A stretch of DNA of 64,000 bases, taken from positions 21,509 through 85,508 of the forward strand of contig JAJYFR010000003.1 of NCBI GenBank assembly GCA_021785355.1. The letters are read 5' to 3'. Made by a program: the position numbers and the translations under genes. Origin of the DNA: a bacterium. Lineage in GTDB: Bacteria; Patescibacteriota; Dojkabacteria; JAKAPS01; JAJZLI01. This document shows positions 58,115 to 64,000 of the stretch, one piece after another (the first letter of the stretch is position 1; every line of letters begins with the position of its first letter). The notes beneath the pieces are model-generated. The model worked only from the letters and a program-made list of their open reading frames with translations. It had not been told where the DNA came from and searched no databases.

Positions 58115-59591
58115 AGATTTTATACTACAAAAAGAATTCGGTTATTTATTAGATAATAAATGGGTAGAACCTCAGAGTGATAAATATATAGATATTCTGT
58201 CCCCTCAAGACAATTCATTAGTAGGGGCAATACCTTCTCTGAATGAGGATGAAATTGATAAATGTATATTGAGTTCTAATAAAGCTTTCCTTTTATGGAA
58301 AGACAAAAGTATAAATCAAAGGACAGAAATATTAAAAAGAGTATCTCAAATAATAAGAGACGAAAGATATGAACTAACAAACCTTATTATAAATGAAGTT
58401 GGAAAACCATATAAGGATTCATATGACGAAGTTATGAGAACCTCGGATATAATTGATTTTTATGCAGAAGAAGGAAGAAGGATTTTTGGGGATGTGTTAT
58501 TGTCAGAATCTTTCCCTGGATTTGGAAAAGAAAAAATAGCTATAACAAAGAGGGTTCCTTTAGGAGTAACTCTGGCTATACCTCCTTTTAATTATCCTTT
58601 AAATGAAACTATTCCGAAAATCATAGGAGCTATAATACCAGGGAATACTGTTATTCTAAAAGCACCTCAACAAGGTGGTATTACTTGTATGGTTATAGGT
58701 GAAATATTTAGACTCGCAGGCCTTGATGATGGAGTTTTAAATATTGTATCTGGAGAAAATAATGTTGTAGGAGATTATTTAGTAAGATCAGAATATATAA
58801 AAGCAATAAATTTTACAGGAGGAACTAAAACAGCAATTCATATACAAAGAGAAGTCACAAAAAGAGAAGATGTTATACCTGTAATGCTTTTAGGATTAAG
58901 TGGTAAGGATGCTTCTATAGTACTTAAAGATGCAGATATAAAAAAGAGTGTTACTAATATAGCACAAGGTGCATTTTCTTATTCAGGACAAAGATGTACA
59001 GCTATAAAAAGAGTCCTTATAGATCAAAGTATTGAAGATGAATTTATAAAAGAATTAGTAAAAGAAGTAAAAGAAAATTTTATTCTAGGAGATCCAAAAG
59101 ATAAAAATACTACAATAGGTCCTGTTATTAATGATAAAGCAGCCATGTATCTTAATGAATTAAAAAAAGATGCAATAGACAAAGGAGCTAAGATTGTCCT
59201 TGAGGGTGAAAATAAAGGAAGATTTATATATCCCATAATACTTAGTAATGTTTCTCTAGATATGAGAATTGCTTGGGAAGAACCTTTCTCTCCTATACTC
59301 CCAATAATAAAAATAAAAGATAAAAATGAAGCTATTGATATAGCCAATCAATCAGAATATGGTCTTCAGTCTTCTGTATTTACAGAAAATATATCTGATG
59401 CTTTTTATATAGCAGAGAGACTTGATGTAGGAAACGTTCAAATAAATGGAAAAGATTCTAGGGGACCAGATAATTTCCCTTTTAATGGTGTTAAGAAATC
59501 AGGAATAGGAAATATACAGGGAGCAAAATATTTAATAGAATCATTGAGTAGAATCAAAACATTTGTTATAAATCTTGAAGATGAAAAATGA
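58107..59591 (+). CDS. NAD(P)-dependent aldehyde dehydrogenase, GapN-like (non-phosphorylating glyceraldehyde-3-phosphate dehydrogenase family).
   Basis: FTGGTKTAIHI, catalytic Cys in SGQRCTAIKRVLI, EEPFSPILPII. 494 aa. Confidence 0.85.
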   Translation: MIKDFILQKEFGYLLDNKWVEPQSDKYIDILSPQDNSLVGAIPSLNEDEIDKCILSSNKAFLLWKDKSINQRTEILKRVSQIIRDERYELTNLIINEVGKPYKDSYDEVMRTSDIIDFYAEEGRRIFGDVLLSESFPGFGKEKIAITKRVPLGVTLAIPPFNYPLNETIPKIIGAIIPGNTVILKAPQQGGITCMVIGEIFRLAGLDDGVLNIVSGENNVVGDYLVRSEYIKAINFTGGTKTAIHIQREVTKREDVIPVMLLGLSGKDASIVLKDADIKKSVTNIAQGAFSYSGQRCTAIKRVLIDQSIEDEFIKELVKEVKENFILGDPKDKNTTIGPVINDKAAMYLNELKKDAIDKGAKIVLEGENKGRFIYPIILSNVSLDMRIAWEEPFSPILPIIKIKDKNEAIDIANQSEYGLQSSVFTENISDAFYIAERLDVGNVQINGKDSRGPDNFPFNGVKKSGIGNIQGAKYLIESLSRIKTFVINLEDEK

Positions 59592-60906
59592 TTTAGATAT
59601 AAATTCTGCAGATTTCTCAAAAAATATACCGTTTCTTCCTGGTTGTTATATGTTTAAAGATGAAAAACATAATATAATATATATAGGTAAAGCAAAAATA
59701 TTAAGAAAAAGAGTCTTGCAATATTTTTTAAATTCTAAAGATTTAAGAGTAAAGACAAAAAAAATGATTCAAGCTGCAAAATTTCTATCTTTTATAATAA
59801 CAGACAATGAAGTTGAAGCTTTAATATTGGAAAGTAATCTAATTAAAAAATATCAACCTAAATATAACTTCATGCTCAAAGACGATAAAAAATATGCTTG
59901 GGTAAAAATAACTAATGAAGACTTCCCTAAAATAATAAGGGTAAGAGAAAGAATTGAAGATGGGTCTCTATATTATGGACCTTATCCTTCAGGAAGAACT
60001 ATTATAGAACTTTTATCTAATCTAAGAAAATTATTTCCATACAGAACATGTAATTTGAAAATTTTCGAAGGACAAACAGTTTTAAAATCACGATTGTGTA
60101 TTTATTATCATATTAATCTATGTAATGGACCTTGCGATTCTCTTATATCCAAAAAAGAATATATGAAAAATATAAATATTATAAAAAAATATTTATCAGG
60201 AGAAAAGCTAAAGGTTATAAAAAATCTTAAAACCCAAATGATAAAAGAAAGTAATAAACAAAATTTTGAAAAGGCTCAAATAATAAAGACACAAATTGAT
60301 CAAATTGAATATATATCTCAAAATATAAAAGTAGATTTTGGAGATGATGAAGAAATATTTAAAAAGAATAAAAAAATTGAAAATATACAAGCTATAAAAG
60401 AATTATTTTCAATTATAGGTATTGAATATAAAAATGGCAGAATAGAGTGTTTTGATATTTCAAATATACAAGGAAAATTTCCAGTATCATCTATGGTAGT
60501 TTTAAGAGAGGGAGATATGGATAATTCTCATTATAGAAAATTTAAAATAAGATCAGAAGATACCCCTAACGATCCTTTAATGATGTATGAAACTATAAAA
60601 CGAAGATTTTCTCATACAAAAACAGATAAAAGTTTTGGAGAAATACCCAATCTAGTTATAGTTGATGGAGGTCGTACACAGCTTAATTCTGCTATAAAAG
60701 CACTCAATGAACTTCAATTGAATATACCTATAATAGGTTTAGCAAAAAAGAAAGAAGCTATATTTACTCCTTCAAAAAGTGAACCTATACTCATAAACTA
60801 TCGAGAAAAATCTCATCTTCTTATAAGAAGAATTAGAGATGAGGCTCATAGATTCGCTATTACTTTTCACAAACAATTAAGAAGTAAGAATTTTATTCAA
60901 AAATAA
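59575..60906 (+). CDS. UvrC-like excinuclease (GIY-YIG domain plus UvrC RNase H-like endonuclease domain, no C-terminal HhH).
   Basis: GIY-YIG region LPGCYMFKDEKHNIIYIGKAKILRKRVLQY. C-terminal VIVDGGRTQLNSA...IGLAKKKE...RIRDEAHRFAITFH. 443 aa versus about 600 for full UvrC. Confidence 0.65.
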   Translation: MKMKNDLDINSADFSKNIPFLPGCYMFKDEKHNIIYIGKAKILRKRVLQYFLNSKDLRVKTKKMIQAAKFLSFIITDNEVEALILESNLIKKYQPKYNFMLKDDKKYAWVKITNEDFPKIIRVRERIEDGSLYYGPYPSGRTIIELLSNLRKLFPYRTCNLKIFEGQTVLKSRLCIYYHINLCNGPCDSLISKKEYMKNINIIKKYLSGEKLKVIKNLKTQMIKESNKQNFEKAQIIKTQIDQIEYISQNIKVDFGDDEEIFKKNKKIENIQAIKELFSIIGIEYKNGRIECFDISNIQGKFPVSSMVVLREGDMDNSHYRKFKIRSEDTPNDPLMMYETIKRRFSHTKTDKSFGEIPNLVIVDGGRTQLNSAIKALNELQLNIPIIGLAKKKEAIFTPSKSEPILINYREKSHLLIRRIRDEAHRFAITFHKQLRSKNFIQK

Positions 60907-61299
60907 GTATACAGAGATAAAAAATAATAGAAGAGTAATAACATGTATTGAGCTACACCAAAGACAAACAGAATGTATCAGTGCGAATTCTACGTATACT
61001 AAATACATTACAGATAAAACACCTAAAATACTCAGTACTAGTAGATATAACTCTTTTTTTAAAAAAGTAAATACTGACATTAATATAAAAAATGCCATAC
61101 CAAAAAAAGGAACAGGTATACCTAGAATGGAAGAATACTGACTAGTAAGGACATTTGCGCAATCAATTATACCAACTCTAGGGCATGCAACTGAAACATC
61201 TGCAAAATGTGCATATAAAAGATATATACATATAAGAATTCCTACAAAAGAAAGTATATAGATACTATATATTAGAACAGACTTTTTGAGGTTTTTCAT
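60877..61299 (-). CDS. Vitamin K epoxide reductase (VKOR)-family membrane protein.
   Basis: 140 aa, four transmembrane helices. Loop cysteines [13 protein letters not shown] and active-site CLWC in the last helix. Confidence 0.55.
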   Translation of the reverse strand: MKNLKKSVLIYSIYILSFVGILICIYLLYAHFADVSVACPRVGIIDCANVLTSQYSSILGIPVPFFGMAFFILMSVFTFLKKELYLLVLSILGVLSVMYLVYVEFALIHSVCLWCSSIHVITLLLFFISVYLFLNKILTS

Positions 61300-62098
61300 T
61301 TGTTATCTTACATATATTTTTTATTATGCTAGCAGAAGATTTTAATACATTTTGAGATATAACAGATTTTGTATTAGCAATCGAAGAAGCTATTTGACTC
61401 CAATTCATAGATTGTAGTAATTGAGGAGAATACTGTGCGCCTACTATTAATCCCTTATTCCCTATATCTATAAAAGGAATGCTTCCTGCTGATGATTTTG
61501 TTACATAAGGATATGCATCAAATTTATTTATTAAATTATTTTCAATCTGAGTTAAAGTCTCTAATGAGGTATATCCTCCCTGAGATGATATATTTGTATT
61601 GGTTTCTTTAGGAGTAAAATCTATATATTTTGAAGTATATGAAGATTTATAGAATGTAAAAGTAGCTGTACTAGGATAAACATCAGAAGAGGAAGATGTC
61701 ATATAGCGAAGATTTGAAAATTTTCCAAATTTTGAGAGTGCAATTATTAATGCCCATCTTTCTGCTGCACAGTAAGGACAATAATCAGCCCCCACATAAA
61801 CTACACGAGGAAGATTATTCTTAACCAAAAGGGGTTCTCCTGTTATAGGAGTTGTTGTAGTTGCTTTTACATTTGAATTTAATGCATTTTTTAAATTAGG
61901 TAAAGAAATTGAGAAAAGAGATGATAATACATTTTTATTAGCAAGCTTATTGTCTTTATTCACTAAGCTATTTACACTCTGAGTAGATGTATTTGCATTA
62001 TTATTTGCAATATATATAACTATCCCCATTGCAATAATAACTATTACGACTATAATTATAAAAATTAAATTAGAATTGTCTTGTTGCCTCTTTGCCAT
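61265..62098 (-). CDS. Thioredoxin-fold DsbA-like protein, the VKOR partner.
   Basis: N-terminal transmembrane helix. CPYC active site in [16 protein letters not shown]. 277 aa. Overlaps the VKOR gene. Confidence 0.6.
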   Translation of the reverse strand: MAKRQQDNSNLIFIIIVVIVIIAMGIVIYIANNNANTSTQSVNSLVNKDNKLANKNVLSSLFSISLPNLKNALNSNVKATTTTPITGEPLLVKNNLPRVVYVGADYCPYCAAERWALIIALSKFGKFSNLRYMTSSSSDVYPSTATFTFYKSSYTSKYIDFTPKETNTNISSQGGYTSLETLTQIENNLINKFDAYPYVTKSSAGSIPFIDIGNKGLIVGAQYSPQLLQSMNWSQIASSIANTKSVISQNVLKSSASIIKNICKITNEKPQKVCSNI

Positions 62099-62119
62099 AA
62101 AAATGTAAACTAATGTATA

Positions 62120-63031
62120 TTGTTATTATATAAAAATAAAAAGAAAATGAAAAGTAAAGATCAAAAAAGAATATTAATTATAGGTGGATCAGGTTTTATA
62201 GGAAAAAATTCTATTATCAAATTTACTGAATTTAATATAGGAAATATGTTAAATTTGGATAAAGATTTTTCATTACTTGGAGTTAAAACAATTTATATGG
62301 ATCTTAGATCTCCTATATTTACAGAAATTAGAAGATTTATGCCAGAATATATAATCTATTTAGCTTCTCTCAATGACTATGAATGTGATGATTTGAATAT
62401 TGCAACTAGAATAAATGTAGATGCATTAGAAAGAATATATCAGGAATTAATAGGATATGAGACATTAAAAAAATTTATATATATATCAGATTATAAACTT
62501 TACTCTTCTACTCCCCCATTTAAAGAAAATGACAGTATTAAGAAAAACAATAACTATCTTATAACAAAAAGTTTGGCAGAAGAAATATGTTTGAAATATA
62601 TAAAAGAATATTCAATCCCTTCAATTATATTTAGAGCATCTAATATATATGGACCTTTAGATCAAAAGAAAAATGATATTATTTCTAATATGATAAAACA
62701 AGCTCTAAGGACTGATAATATAATAATAGAAAATAATAATATATATGATTACTTATATATTTCTGATTTTATTAAAGCTCTGATAAAATCTCTTGATTGT
62801 GAATTTTGTGGTATTATTAATATAGGGTCAGGAAAAGCTACAGAAACTATTAATATAGCTAAATATATCTCATCCGCGCTAAATACAAAGATAGAAATAA
62901 AAAATAATACAATATATGAGTTTTATCTAAATGATATAACAAAAGTTCAAAATATACTTAATTGGAATCCTAGGATAGAACTTTCTGTAGGAATAGATAA
63001 TACAATAAAATACCTTAAAAAGACTAATTAA
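62120..63031 (+). CDS. NAD-dependent epimerase/dehydratase (extended SDR family).
   Basis: [13 protein letters not shown] Rossmann motif; 303 aa. Confidence 0.65.
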   Translation: MLLYKNKKKMKSKDQKRILIIGGSGFIGKNSIIKFTEFNIGNMLNLDKDFSLLGVKTIYMDLRSPIFTEIRRFMPEYIIYLASLNDYECDDLNIATRINVDALERIYQELIGYETLKKFIYISDYKLYSSTPPFKENDSIKKNNNYLITKSLAEEICLKYIKEYSIPSIIFRASNIYGPLDQKKNDIISNMIKQALRTDNIIIENNNIYDYLYISDFIKALIKSLDCEFCGIINIGSGKATETINIAKYISSALNTKIEIKNNTIYEFYLNDITKVQNILNWNPRIELSVGIDNTIKYLKKTN

Positions 63032-64000
63032 AGATTTTCTACAAATTTAGATAACATCCCTTGAAAACTTCCAGTTGACATAAATAAAAAAACAGTATCC
63101 TTTGAAAATTCTTTTTTCAAATATTCAACTAAATCAGAATTTTTCACATAAACCGAATCTTTTACATCCAATTTTACAATATCTACTATATCATTACTCT
63201 CTAATCTTTTTTCTTCATCCAAAGCATTTTTCTTATAAATATCAACAATAATAACTTTATCTGATCCTATGAATATATCTTTATACCACATAAGAGTTTT
63301 TTTATCTCTAGCAGACATAGAATGAGGTTCATAAATAGAGATTATCTTTTTTGAACTAAAATACTCCCTAACAGCTTCGACTGAAGCTTTAACTTTATAG
63401 GGAGAATGTGCAAAATCATCAATCACAATCCCTTTTTCTCCTTTATATCTTACTTCTAATCTTCTTTTTGGACCTTTATAGTCTAATACCGCTTTTTTTA
63501 TATCTTCATAATCCAAACCTAGTGATAAAGATAATGCAATCCCTGCTGTGAGATTTTGTATATTATGTCTACCTATAAGTGTAGTTTTAAATATATATTT
63601 ATTATTTATTTCAAACTGTGTCACTCCTCCTAGTATATCAATAGAAGAAACAGCAAAATCAGCATTTTGATCCTTTAAAGAATAAGTTTTTATATTTTTA
63701 TCTAATGGTAAAATCTTTTCTATACTCTTATCATCAATATTAAGTATTATCATTCCGTCCTTAGGAACTAGTGATACTAATTTTTTAAAAGTGTTTATAT
63801 AGTCTTCCTCTTTTGGAAAAAGATCAATATGATCCCACAATAAAGATGTTAGAATAAGATACTTAGGTTTATAGTATAAAAATTTAGATGATTTATCCAA
63901 AGAAGATGCATTGTACTCATCTCCTTCAATTATAGAAATATCTGAATCTTCAATTTTCATACTTTCTTTAAGATCTAGTGAAATTCCACCAAACATATAT
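63028..64000 (-). CDS. Mur ligase family protein (Mpl / MurC-like), partial, N-terminus beyond the window end.
   Basis: IIEGDEYNASSLDKSSKFLYYKPKYLILTSLLWDHIDLF matches the Mpl motif VIEADEYDTAFFDKRSKF...FDH. The frame is open to the window end. Confidence 0.6.
   Translation of the reverse strand, partial: YMFGGISLDLKESMKIEDSDISIIEGDEYNASSLDKSSKFLYYKPKYLILTSLLWDHIDLFPKEEDYINTFKKLVSLVPKDGMIILNIDDKSIEKILPLDKNIKTYSLKDQNADFAVSSIDILGGVTQFEINNKYIFKTTLIGRHNIQNLTAGIALSLSLGLDYEDIKKAVLDYKGPKRRLEVRYKGEKGIVIDDFAHSPYKVKASVEAVREYFSSKKIISIYEPHSMSARDKKTLMWYKDIFIGSDKVIIVDIYKKNALDEEKRLESNDIVDIVKLDVKDSVYVKNSDLVEYLKKEFSKDTVFLFMSTGSFQGMLSKFVENL

Noticed and set aside
1-64000. Looked for CRISPR arrays, rRNA genes and large tandem repeats.
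   Set aside because: I saw no regularly spaced short direct repeats with unique spacers, no rRNA-like conserved stretches, and no long tandem repeat other than the internal protein repeats of 55148..57445.

Overview
This is an AT-rich, gene-dense bacterial chromosome segment. I read about 60 coding regions and 12 tRNA genes, and found no rRNA and no CRISPR array. The gene content points to a small-genome bacterium, possibly of the Candidate Phyla Radiation/Patescibacteria type; this is an inference. It includes type IV pilin, a class A penicillin-binding protein, two tandem signal peptidase I paralogs, ParA/ParB, SecG, a fermentative core (phosphoketolase, ADP-forming acetyl-CoA synthetase, non-phosphorylating aldehyde dehydrogenase, cofactor-independent phosphoglycerate mutase), a sortase-signal surface protein, and many tRNAs lacking an encoded CCA.

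Three regions look accessory.

(1) Positions 1-8207: a probable integrative island. A large serine recombinase gene (6468-8207) runs into an antisense tRNA-Gln at the head of a six-tRNA cluster. The island carries an XRE helix-turn-helix regulator and a 1160-aa fusion of a phospholipase-D-like nuclease domain with an SNF2-family helicase. That gene overlaps a further gene that leaves the window, and three unannotatable genes lie between regulator and recombinase. I consider this the best candidate for an undescribed defence-type system.

(2) Positions 25236-28788: a 3.5-kb cassette bounded by 48-bp near-perfect direct repeats that start at the 3' end of tRNA-Pro. It encodes an ATP-grasp ligase, a standalone C39-like cysteine peptidase and a second ATP-grasp protein, with no integrase. 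This is a candidate peptide-ligation or ribosomal-peptide-modification module.

(3) Positions 43.7-48.7 kb: a Fic-family gene and two AAA_14/DUF4143-type ATPase genes (one disrupted) downstream of tRNA-Glu. Each is followed by a degenerate tRNA-3'-end-like repeat, which suggests serial decayed integrations.

The rest is ordinary housekeeping with a few notable pairs: a split ferric-reductase-like pair, a VKOR plus DsbA-like pair, a TldD/PmbA pair, a MarR-MFS pair, and a MacB-type ABC ATPase plus permease pair.
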